DNA from: Piromyces finnis finn
Lineage: Eukaryota > Fungi > Neocallimastigomycota
DNA length: 64,000 bases
Assembly (NCBI GenBank): GCA_002104945.1
Contig: MCFH01000078.1
Span: 62,001 to 126,000, forward strand
Direction: 5' to 3'
Shown: positions 15,287 through 29,440 of the stretch, in pieces
How positions within the stretch are numbered: the first letter of the stretch is position 1
Layout: every line of letters begins with the position of its first letter
Program-made: the position numbers and the translations under genes
The notes under the pieces: generated by a model
Database searches by the model: none
Told to the model about the DNA's origin: nothing
The model's input: only the letters and a program-made list of their open reading frames with translations

Positions 15287-15869
15287 ACTTGATTCTCAAT
15301 TTTTTTTTTTTTATTTTTTTTTTAACTTCCGAGTGCATTTCTCCCATCGATCAGAATTAGCTCCAATGGTGGTTCTTAGAGAAACGTTGGCTCATTCCTA
15401 TTGCTAGGTGGTTGTGACCCTCCTGGTCTGTCATACTGTTTCTTCAGCTTCGACGCTCACTTAATCCATGTACATTAGATGCATGTCGTTGTACGATATT
15501 TCACAACTACAATGCTAAGCCTCTTATAGTCAATTTGATCACGTGTCAACCGCCCCCTAATGTTTACACTTAAATTGATTAAGGAATATTATGTGTTTTT
15601 GGCATAGCCTAAGTCACCACTTATTAAGTTCTAATTTGGAATGTACCATGTACACTAGACCCTCTCAGGCCGGCTAGACGAGTGTTATTATCATAGTAGT
15701 AAATTAGAAAGTTCATTTATACTTACCTGAATATCATAACCCAACCCATGGCAAACCCAGTGGGAAAATCCACAGGCACTGACATCTGCGGGGTCGAACC
15801 AGAAGCCTTATGTATGCTAAGGAAACGCCTTAACAACCAGGATAAAAACTGGAACGACTTGATTCTCAA
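15287..15869 (-). mobile_element. SINE-like non-autonomous retroposon (tRNA-like head, A tail, 13-bp target-site duplication)
   Basis: Exact direct repeat ACTTGATTCTCAA at 15287-15299 and 15857-15869. T-run 15300-15323 is the A tail on the minus strand. Pol III B box GGTTCGACCCC (minus, 15800-15790) lies ~57 nt from the 5' end. Interior is ~40% GC by eye against very AT-rich flanks, with no long ORF. Confidence 0.75.
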
Positions 15870-16578
15870 AAGTAAATAATAATTTAGATATTGAAGTAAA
15901 AAATAAATAATATTAACAATATTAAAAATTATAAAATAGTAAGAGTAAGAAGAAATAATTACTTAAATACATTTTAAGAAATAGTTTTTATAAACATGAT
16001 TATTTATTCAAAATCTTTTTTTTGTTTTTTAAAAAAATACTATTTTTAAAGTTTAACTAATCCGTTAAAAAAGATTCTTTCACTCACACTACTCTTACTC
16101 TTGTAAAAAAAAAAAAAAAAGTTGTCACACCTTCCTTAATAAATTTTATTTTAATTTTAAATTATCTAAATTATTTAATTTAATAATAATTAAAGTTTAT
16201 TAATTTATTTAATTAAAAAAAAAAAAAAAAAAAAAAACAATCTGCTAATTTATTATTTGATGATACTTATTTTTATTGATAATGGATATATCTAATATCC
16301 ATTATTACAATTACAACAATATATTCTATTTGTATAATACAATATAATAATATAATAATATTTAAATGTATTAAGGAATAGATATTGATGCTTACTAATT
16401 ATATTTATATATAAAATACAGGGCTATTTATTTTCTTTATTGTATAAAATTACTTTAAAAAAAAATATTAAAAAAACAATTTTATGAAAATGTTTTTTAT
16501 ATTTTACTCATATGAATCCATATAAATAAATTAAAAGTAAATAAGAAAGGATTGATTTTTTTTTTTACTTCTTTTGGA

Positions 16579-17379
16579 TTACTTAAAGAAATCTCTTTTA
16601 TTTAACCCGGCGGTCATAAATCTTGTAGCAATTTTAAAGCCTGTAAGCCAAGCAATTCTCTTTCCATTGACTTTATTATTTTCTATTCCTTGAACAAGAA
16701 AAGCTGCAATTTCATCTGGATAATCTCCTAAAATATTAAATACTTTTTTTGTTTTTTCAGATAATTCAATCTGATGACTTTGTCCATTAGCGGAAGTTAA
16801 AAAATCAGTAATCATAATTCCAGGTGATAATTTACATATAATGATAGGTAAGTTTTTTTCTTTAATTTCATTTGCTACGGCATCTGTATAATAAGTTACT
16901 GCTCTTTTGGCTGTTCCATATAATGAAAGGAAGGATTGGAAAGAATCATTTGAACCGTGTCCCTCAACATTATAAATAGCACCGTAATTTTGTTCTATCA
17001 TGTTTCTCATGGCAACATTCGTTACATTAATAGTTCCTTTTAAATCAATATTAAGTAAAGAATCAATTTCTTTTTCATCCAATTCCCAAGCATATTTATG
17101 ACTCTGATTAACCCCAGCATTATTAATCCATATGTCTATTGAACCACATTTTTCTTTAGCAAAATTTGCTAATGCTTCTACTTCTTTTAGTTGAGATACA
17201 TTACATTTTTTTCCTGTGATTAATCCTTTGCCTGATTCGTTTGATAGAGATTCTATAGCTTTATTAACAGTTTCATCCTTTGTTCCACAAATAACAACAT
17301 TATAGTCCTTATTTCGGAATTGTTTTGCTAATTCATAACCTAAACCTCTTGTACCTCCTGTAATAACGACGGATTTCAT
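16579..17379 (-). CDS. Intronless classical short-chain dehydrogenase/reductase, chlorophyll(ide) b reductase NYC1/NOL-like subfamily
   Basis: TGGTRGLG cofactor motif, IDIWINNAG, catalytic YGTAK, LSPGIMITDFL, KVFNILGDYPDEIA; 266 aa, single exon. Confidence 0.9.
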   Translation of the reverse strand: MKSVVITGGTRGLGYELAKQFRNKDYNVVICGTKDETVNKAIESLSNESGKGLITGKKCNVSQLKEVEALANFAKEKCGSIDIWINNAGVNQSHKYAWELDEKEIDSLLNIDLKGTINVTNVAMRNMIEQNYGAIYNVEGHGSNDSFQSFLSLYGTAKRAVTYYTDAVANEIKEKNLPIIICKLSPGIMITDFLTSANGQSHQIELSEKTKKVFNILGDYPDEIAAFLVQGIENNKVNGKRIAWLTGFKIATRFMTAGLNKRDFFK

Positions 17380-20300
17380 GTTTTTATTATTATTATTATA
17401 ATTATTATATAATCAGAGAGACATAAATAATCTTTATAATATATTAAAAAAAAATGAAGCATATTAATAAACTATTTTATGATTCATATTAACGTAAAGT
17501 TTTTTAATTATGCTTTAATCCTAAAATTTCGTAAATATAAAATCATCAAGAATTATGAATTTTATGTGTCATTTATTTATTTATTCTTAAAATATAAATA
17601 ATAATAAAAATTTAAAACTATACAAATTCATTGAATCATAAAAATAATTAAAAATTATTTGAATAATTGTTTAAATAGAAATTCACTTTACTTTATTTTA
17701 TAACACCAATAGTAGATATATATATATGTATATAGAAGGGGGGAAATATCCTAACAACATTGAAAATGACGATGAAGTAAATTCTTTTATCACCATTGAA
17801 TATATCTACTCAAATAAAATTTTTTCTAAATAATCATAATTCAGTATTATCCATCAACTATTAAAAATCTTTATTAACCTTTTTATATTATATATATATA
17901 TATATATAAAATGACAAAAACATGATGTATATAACAATATATATTATATATTATATAATATATAAATTATATATGTTGTGGGAAATTTCTTTAGGTTTGA
18001 TTTAAGAATTAAAAATAATATTTAAAGTATATATACAAATCTTTACAATAAAACTATACTTCTTTTTTAAAAAATAGAATACGTTGTTATTAGAACACTA
18101 TTGCACTATTTTTTTTTTCATTCAACATTTTTTTATTTTAATAACAGGAAATCAATTAATTACATTTTAAATAATGCTGACTCTTTTATTATAAAATGGG
18201 TTGTAAAGCAACTTTTCAGATTATAAAAATCTTTTATTGAGATTATCACGTGTTTTATATTTATTTATTGTATTAAATATCATTTTATTTAATAAAAATT
18301 AATATATATAACAAATATAAATCAATCAAAATAATATATTGACTTTATAAATAAAAAACAAATAATAGCAAATAAGAAATACTTTCTAAAGCTATCTTTC
18401 TAGTAATAGTTCTATTGAATATTCTTAAGCTAGACAAGAAACATACCTTTGATACATGTAATTCCTATTACAGTTAACAAAATCTGAATAAAGACGTGTG
18501 AGAATGCTTTTTTTTTTTTTTTGATTATAAGAATAAACTTTATTAAAACTGTTAATTATTGCTTTTTTAATTTATTATTATTATTGTTGTTATTTCCAAC
18601 TATATAAATTAAGCTTTTACTATTAATTTTTATATTAAAAAAAAAGTCATTAAAAAAAATAAACTTGATTTCATTAACAGAAATAAACATTATTTATAAA
18701 GTTAATAGTAACCGCAATAGTTTACATCTTCAATTTTGATATAGCCATAGTGAATACTAATACTATCGTAGTTTTAAAAAAAAACATTCCATCAATGATT
18801 CATTTTTTATAAATTCACAAATTAAATTAAATTATTCTAACAATGTATACATTACTCAATACATTATTTAATACATAATGTATTAATTTGAAGGGATTAA
18901 ATTTACAATTTTTAATTAAAAAGAAGAATAGAAATTCTAGATTTAATTTATTTTTTTTTTAAATTAAAATTTTTTATTTATTTTTTAATATCAATTGATG
19001 CTTTATCAGCCAATCATATGGTGATACACAATTAAAGTTGTATGTTTTCACAATTATTTATTAAAAATTAAGGGAAAAAAAAATTTAAAAAAAAACATTG
19101 TATTTTTTATGGCTTATTCTACATTATGGTTCAATTCTGCCAAAGTTCTTTCTTATAAAGTAATCTTAAAGAAAAATATGAAAGGAAGAGTAAGAGTAGG
19201 TGGATAGAGAGAATTTACTCTTTTTTATTTTATAAATTATTTAAAGAAAATTTAAAAAAAAGAGTATATTCTATGCTATAGAAATTTGTACATTATTATT
19301 AAAGAGATTTAATTTATTATGATAAAATTATAGTTTGAAAAAATTTATTTTAATATTACCATATTTATATAATTAAAAAAAATAATAAATTTTGACATAT
19401 CATTTTAACACTAAAAATGCTCTTCTAAATGTATAATGATAAATAGTAAATAATAGTTGAAAATAAAGTTTAAATATGCAAAAATATGAGGATGAAAAGA
19501 GTAGAATTCAAATAAATGCTTTTTTTTCCTTTTATATTAGTATCTAGTATTATTTTATATCTTGTTAAATATTTGTTATTATTTATCTTATGTGTATGGA
19601 GGAAGGTTCGTAGTATATATATTATTATAATAATTAATATATGCAATAGTGCTCTAAATAATGATTCTTTCTAATTATAAAATAAATATACCTATATATA
19701 ATTATGTATATTATAATGTTAAAAAGATTGTTTGACAAATTCAAATGTCAATTATTTTTAGAGTTTTTATGGTATTACAAACTTATATTTTATAAATAAT
19801 CCTTTTTTTTTTTTTTTTTCAAAGTCATTTCAATTATGAACAATACAATTAGTTTATAAATATACAAAAAAAAAAAAAAAAGAAACTTTAAAAATATTTC
19901 TTATAATTTGTTTAATCTATAAAGTGGTGATTAATATACTTTTAAATTTTAATTCCATACAAACTTTATAGATAAAAATGGTGGTTAATAATTCCATACA
20001 AACTTTATCAAAAATTAAAATTGACAGTTGTTGACAAATAATGTACCTTAAATAAACATCACAAACTATTCTTCATATATTATAATTTTTTTTTTCCTTT
20101 CACAAAAGCCCTTTAATGCTTTACTTTTTATTTTTTTTAAAAAAAAACATTTTGTATGTAATATTAACTTTTAGTTCATTGATAAATATATATCTTTTTT
20201 TTTTTTTTTTTGTAAAATGAATTATTTATAAAGATCATTATATTATTATATATAATATAAACCATTAAAAATACTTTTATTACAAAATTATAAATTGAAA

Positions 20301-20988
20301 AACTGACATTTATATAATAATAAAAAAAAAAAAAAAAAAGGCATCTTACCTAGAGTTATATACTACATAAATACTTTTATTATAAATAATATTTAAAAAG
20401 ACAGTTTAAAATAAGCTATAAATAATATGTGGCTTGATAAGATAAATATCATAGATTGTATATAAATTAAATGAATATATTGTTCCAATATTTTATAGAT
20501 AATAATTTGATCTATATATAATATAATATATTAATTTTAAATAATCTATTATTCCTATTATTGTATATATATTATATGTTGCCAATCATTAAAGTTAGCA
20601 ATATATTAAACTTTAAAAGTGGCTGTTGGAAATAGTCCAATTAAAAAATAGTATATAAAAGTACAGCTTTCCTTTTTTTTTTTTTTTTTTTTTCGCAATA
20701 AAAGTAATAAAAATTATATAATATAGTTTAATTATATAATTATAATATATTAGGTAAATAAAATATTTTATAAAGATTTGGATAATTAAAAAGAATTTAA
20801 AATATATATGTATTGTATATACTAATTGAAATTACATTTATTTTATATTTTTATCATTGATATATATAACATTGACAAAAAAAAAACATTATTTTTAATA
20901 ACAATTAAAATAATAATCATTAATACAAACGGAAATATTAAAATATATTATATAATAATAGCTTAATTATTTTAAGAAATCATTTTAA

Positions 20989-23190
<2,202 letters not shown>

Positions 23191-24438
23191 GTTAATGTTT
23201 TTATAAAATAGCTACAGATATCATTATATATATAATATTATAATTATTATGGAGGAAATTATTTAGGGAAAAAGGTTGTATATAAAATAAAAAAGAAGGG
23301 AATTTAATATTTTTTTAATAATTATTTGATTTAATAGAATATATTTTTTTTTTTTGTAGTCATTCTTTTTTTATATATTATTCAGTTTAATCAGAAAAGA
23401 AAGAAAGACTTTAAAAAAAACGATCAAAAAGAAAAAAATTTAGATATAAGAAATTGATAAGAAATCAAGAATTAAATTAAAATAAAACATATATCAAAAA
23501 GAAAATATATACATTTATAGATTAAAAATTATTTTATTTATTACATATTAAATCATCACCATTTTAAACATAAATATTATTTAAGCAATATAAAATAATA
23601 ATAGTATTATTCGTATTAAAAATCTTTTTTTTTTTATTTATTATTTTTTGTTAATAGAAAAAAAATATACTTTTTTTTTTATTTAAAAAATTTTTGAATT
23701 TAATTAATTTATTTGAAAAGAAAAAAAAACAGCAACAACACAAAAAATGAAAAGGAAAAAAGGAGAAAAGAAAAAATATAAATTTTATATAAATAGTAAT
23801 TTTATATTAAAAATATTATTTTCCAAGTATTCTTAAAACATAAAATTTTCATTTATTTGTTTCGTTCATTAAACGACAAAGAAATATACAGCATAATATT
23901 AATTAAAAGGAACAAAAAAATTAATACACAAGTAAAAGAAAAAGGTTATCTATTAATTAAAGCCATTCAAAACAAAATAATAATCAAACAATCAAAAAAA
24001 AAGAGAAAAAATAATTATATATAGCCTATATTTAAATAATCTTTCTATATTTATTTAATAGAAAACTAAAACGAGTATCATTTAATTTAATTCTGATAAA
24101 TATTAATTTGTTTTTTTTTTTATTTTTTATTTATTGTTTCTTTCATAATAATTTAAACTTTAAAACATCAAAATATATATTACACTATAACAATATATTA
24201 AAAAAAAAAACGTCACACACACACACATCAACACTTATCTTTTTTGTTATAATAATTAATGTAATAATTGTTGTAACATAAATTATTTATTATTAATAAT
24301 ATTATATATATATATTTTTAATTTTTTTTTTTTTTTTAAAATATAAAAAGAGAAGAAAAAAAAAAAGTGTTTTTTTTTTTTTTTAATCAAAACATTCAAT
24401 AAAATATTAAAAAAAATTAAACGATTAGATTTTAAAAT

Positions 24439-24561
24439 TTGAGTGTATTGCAGGTTTTTTATTTTTTGGAGGGTGGGAATGGTGCTAACGGCAATCCTTC
24501 TACTCAATAACATGAGTGATATGATTAGATTAAAAATAGTTGTTGTTTCATAAGGACAATT
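24439..24561 (+). ncRNA. Possible small structured ncRNA (H/ACA-like or Sm-site-containing); unassigned
   Basis: GC-enriched island. Stem TTGAGT (24439-24444) pairs with ACTCAA (24502-24507), followed by the ANANNA-type ATAACA (24507-24512), a weaker second hairpin and ACA at 24556-24558. Alternatively ATTTTTTGG (24461-24469) is an Sm-like site followed by an imperfect hairpin. Confidence 0.2.
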
Positions 24562-25117
24562 AGTGAATATTACTTTTACAAAAAAAAAAAAAAAAAAAAA
24601 AAAAACAATTAAATTGGTTGTTTTTAATAAGGAAAAGGAAAATGTCTAGAATGAATTTTAATGTAATTAATAAAATGTTTTTTCTTTTTTTTTTTTTAAA
24701 ATTAATTATTTTTTTAAAAAAAATTTTATTAATAATTTTATTTATAATAAATTTCAATTTATAAAAATTTTAATTAAATTTTTTTTCTTTTAATTTTAAT
24801 AATAATTAAATTTGTTAAATTTATCTTTTATTTTTTAAAAGAAAAAAAAAAAAAAAGAAAGAAATCCTTAAAGGATAAATGAAATTTTTATATTTCAAAG
24901 TATATATAAGATTAATATAATTATATTTATATAATTCTATTTTACTTTTTTTTTTTTATAACAAAAAAAAAAAAAAAAGAAAGAAAAAATATACACAAAA
25001 TATTTAATTTCATTTTATATATATTATAAATTTATCATCCATTACATTGTAAAAAAAAAAAGATAAAACTATTAAACAATTTTATAAAGTATCAAATAAA
25101 TTAAATTTACAAGTAAC

Positions 25118-25170
<53 letters not shown>

Positions 25171-25412
25171 AAAAAGAAAAGAACTAAAAGAAGAATAAAA
25201 GAAATTACATAGAAATTCACGTTTCTATAATATTTATATAATATAAAATATTATATAATAATAAAAGAGTTGAAGAAAAAAATCAAATTACTTTTTATTT
25301 CATTAAATATAAAAAAAAAAAGTCAGAATTGGTCTATAAAATTAAAGTAACAATATATATATTTACAAAGATACTAAATTATCAAAATATATATAAAAGT
25401 AAAAATTAAAAA

Positions 25413-27880
25413 ATGGCAGAAAAGAACAAGTTAAATCATGATGGTTTATTACAGTTGGAACAACCATTAATCAAGGTATAAGATATTTAATATAAATAAA
25501 TGTTGTAATTAAAAACATTTCCAATAACTATTTATTTATATTAAAATGACACTACCTACTATGATTACTTTATATGAAATGCGTTTTATTTATTTATTAT
25601 TATTATTATTGTTATTATTATTGAATAATAAAAAAAAAAAAAAAAAAAGGCACCTTTAGAACAAATAAAGAAAAACTTTCGTTTATCTCAAAAGCATATA
25701 GAAAAAGAAATGATGAGATTAAATCAATCTATAATAGACATTACAACAAAGCAATCTCAAAATAAAATTGATTCACAAGAAACATTAAAATTATTAGATG
25801 GTCTTGTTAACAGATTAAAAAGTTTAAAAAAAAAGGTATGTATATATATAGTAAAAGTAAAATTTAACTTTTTTAAAAAAAAGTTGTCAATACTGTTTTA
25901 TAGCGTTTTAAAACAATAAAATGTTTTATTTATTATTATTATTATTATTCTTTAATAATTTTATTTTATTTTATTTTTTTTATGTAATTCTTTTTTAAAC
26001 AATTTCTATTTAAAAAAAAAAAAAAAAAAAAAAAATGCATTATTCAAATTCAAATAGTTGGAAGAATTAAGAAGAGAAGAAGATAAATCAATAAAAAGTT
26101 CTAAAATAAGATTAAATCATATGAACGAATTAACAAATATTCAAAGTGCAGATTCAGATATGTATTATAGATGGAGTAAAGTAAGATTAAATAGATACAT
26201 TGCTGACTATATGCTTCGTAATAATTTTATTGAAAGTGCAAAATTACTTGCCAAAAATTCTAATATTGAGGTAAGTTTTCTAATTTCCATTTAATGTTGA
26301 AAATAATATACAGATATATAAATATATAAATTATCCTATTTTATTTTTGTAGAAAGTTATTTAGTATGGAAGAAAAAATAAAATAATTAAAATTCTATCT
26401 ATCACTATATATTTGTATATTCAATTTTTTGATTCACCCCTTTTTACGAATGAATAAATATATAATAGGATTATGTCGATATAGATTTATTTATGCAAGC
26501 TAATATAATAGAAGAAGCATTAAGAAATCATAGTTGTACCGAATGTTTACAATGGTGCAATGAGCATCGTTCCAATTTGAAGAAAATTAAAGTAATAAAC
26601 TGCTTTTTAACTTTATATGAATTGAAAAATTATTTCATTTTATGACTAACGATTTTTACTATTATTTTAATTATTATTATTATTATTACTCTAATTCTTC
26701 TTCTTCTTCTTCTTCTTCTTCTTATTATTATTATTATTATTATTATTATTTTAATAATAATCAAATTCAACCAAAAATTAATGGGGATAAAAAAAGAGTA
26801 ATTTAGAATTTAAATTAAGATTCCAAGAATATGTTAATCTTGTAAAAGCTAATCAATATCAAGAAGCTATTAAATATGCTAAAAAATATTTAACACCATA
26901 TTCAGACGTTTGTTTAAAGGATATACAACGTGCAATGGCATTATTAGCTTTCACACCAGATACAAAATGTGAAGTTTATAGAGTAAATATCACCCAAAAA
27001 AATAAAAAAAAAAAAAAAAAAAAAGCATTTAAATATTGATAGAAAGAAAAAAAAATTCATATTAATTAATATTTTATTTATAAATACTTTATTAAAAAAA
27101 AAACAACTCTTTTTTTTTCATTATTTCACTCAAAAAGAAATTATTTGATGATAATTATACATGGAATGAATTAATTCAATTATTTAGATCGGATAATTAC
27201 ACTTTAAATAGTTTATCTTCTAGATCTCCACTTGATTTCTGTCTTGAAACCGGTTTATCTGCCTTAAAGTCACCATATCCTTTTTTAAACATCATAATAT
27301 ACATTATATAGATGAGTTATGATTATATTTATCTTATAACATCGATTTACATTATTTCATTATTTCCTTAACCTATTATGGGGAATATTTATTCCTATTT
27401 TTATTTAAGTACATGTTGTTTCAGAGAAGAAGATAAAAATATTAATTGTCCAGTTTGTTTTGATAAATTTAATACAATTGCTAAGGAGTTACCTAATGCT
27501 CATCATGATAATTCTTGTATTGTTTGTAGAATTAGTGGTAAGATTATGAATGAAGATAATGAACCTATGGCTTTACCTAATGGACATATTTATTCCTATT
27601 CGGTAATTTATAATATATTCTATATATTTTATATTAAAAAAAATCAAATTAGTAAAGATGAATATTTTTTTTTTTTTTATTTCAATTTATTTTAACAACC
27701 TTTATTTTTTTTTTTATAAATTTTATTAAAATATTATTATTACACTATAACAACTATTATAATTAAAAATAAAAAAAGGCTCTTGAAGAAATGGCAGAAA
27801 AGCATAATGGAATTATTACTTGTCCAAGAACAGGAGATCAATTCAAATTTAGTGACTGTGTTAAAGTTTTTATTACCTAA
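25413..27880 (+). CDS. FYV10: GID/CTLH E3 ligase subunit Fyv10/Gid9 (MAEA), 8 exons
   Basis: LEQPLIKAPLEQIKKNFR; LisH RLNRYIADYMLRNNFIESAKLLAK; CTLH EALRNHSCTECLQWCNEHRSNLKK; LEFKLRFQEYVNLV; GLSALKSP; CPVC...LPNAHHDNSCIVCRISGKIMNEDNEPMALPNGHIYS...ITCPRTG. Confidence 0.95.
27275..27412 (+). other. U12-type (minor spliceosome) AT-AC intron in FYV10
   Basis: 5' end ATATCCTTTT, branch sequence TTTCCTTAAC (27363-27372), terminal AC at 27411-27412. Removal gives in-frame LKSP|CCFREEDKNINCPVC. Read-through hits a TAG stop inside the intron. Confidence 0.88.
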
Positions 27881-28699
27881 GAGTATTCTTATTTATCTTT
27901 TTTTTTTTTTTTTTTTTGACTATAATATCTATTCAAATATTCTTATTATTAATATATGAAACACATCTATTTAAATTAAAAAAAAAAGATAAATCCAATA
28001 TCTTAAAAATGTCAAAAAAAAAAAAAAGTTACTAAAAAAAATAACAATTAAGATAACAAGAATCAAAAGAAGAAGAAAAAAGAAGTATAATCAAAAGAAT
28101 TACTTTTTTTTTTTATTATTTGTTTTATTTTGATTATTTTTTTTATTTTATTTCAAATAATTCATGTAAAATAATATTTTGTTTTTACCAAAATAATTCA
28201 ATATATAACAACAAAAGCAGCTTTTTTTTTTCAATCCTATATCAATTATAAAATAAATTATTATAAAGTAAAAAAATATATAAAAATGAATTGCTTTGTT
28301 TTCTTTTAAAAAGAATAGACTCAAGTTCATTGTCCTATTAATAATAATTTCTTTTTTTAGTAAATGGGTGTAATACTTAAATTATTATTTGGAAAAAAAA
28401 AAATAAAATATAATCCTATGGTTATCATTATTTATTATATATAATAATTAAAAAAAATAAAATATATAAAGGTTAATTTTCTTAATAAAAGAAAAAAAAA
28501 ATAACAACAACATTACATTGATTTAAAATAAATATATATATTATATATATTATATATCATGATAAAAAAGAGTGGGTAATCCTAATGGTTTAATTAAAAT
28601 TTTTCTTTCTTTTTTTTTATTCATTTTATTTTATATTTTATTTATATATTTCTATTTAAATGGGTTTATAGATTTTATAGATAGAATATTTTTTAAAAT

Positions 28700-29023
<324 letters not shown>

Positions 29024-29440
29024 AGTAATAATAATAAAAATAATGATAATGATAATAATAATAAGGATAATAATGATGATAAACTAATTAGAAATATAAA
29101 ATTGAGAAATAAAGAGTTTTTAAAATTCATCTAATAATTAATATTTATAATTCAATAAATTTCCTATAACAAAAGTTTAAAAAATAAGAAAAATTATGTC
29201 TTTTTAAAAAGTTTAATAAATATATAAAAAAAAATGTTATTTAAAAAAAATTAGTATTTTTTTCTGGAAAACCTATTAAAGTTTTAATAATATTATCTCT
29301 CTTTTTTTTTTTTTTTAAAGATCTTTTATTTTTAATGTTTTATATACCAGTTAATTGATTTAAAAGAATTATATTTTGCATACATTATATATTTTATATA
29401 AATAGATTGAGCGTATAATAATAATAATAATAATATCATT

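Noticed and set aside
15325-15420. RNase MRP CR-V-like (CATTGGAGCTAAT, minus) or 5S-like resemblance in the element tail
   Set aside because: No matching CR-I/P4 partner strand, and the 5S spacing does not fit; only short chance-level similarity.
15719-15860. U1 snRNA, because the + strand begins ATACTTACCTG
   Set aside because: No stem-loop I GAUCAC loop, no AUUGCAC loop II and no Sm site follow; the motif lies inside the TSD-bounded insertion.
14140-18885. Three 10-11-bp perfect AT-rich hairpins (14140-14168, 16279-16305, ~18858-18885)
   Set aside because: Expected by chance at this base composition; no shared stem sequence beyond TAATG.
16089-19199. 14-bp inverted pair (CTACTCTTACTCTT at 16089-16102, AAGAGTAAGAGTAG at 19186-19199) flanking the SDR, as transposon TIRs
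   Set aside because: Built from a simple AAGAGT repeat also seen near 15940; no TSD or transposase found.
19950-20008. 20-bp direct repeat TAATTCCATACAAACTTTAT with a 19-nt spacer, CRISPR-like
   Set aside because: Only two copies, eukaryotic context, no cas genes; a simple local duplication.
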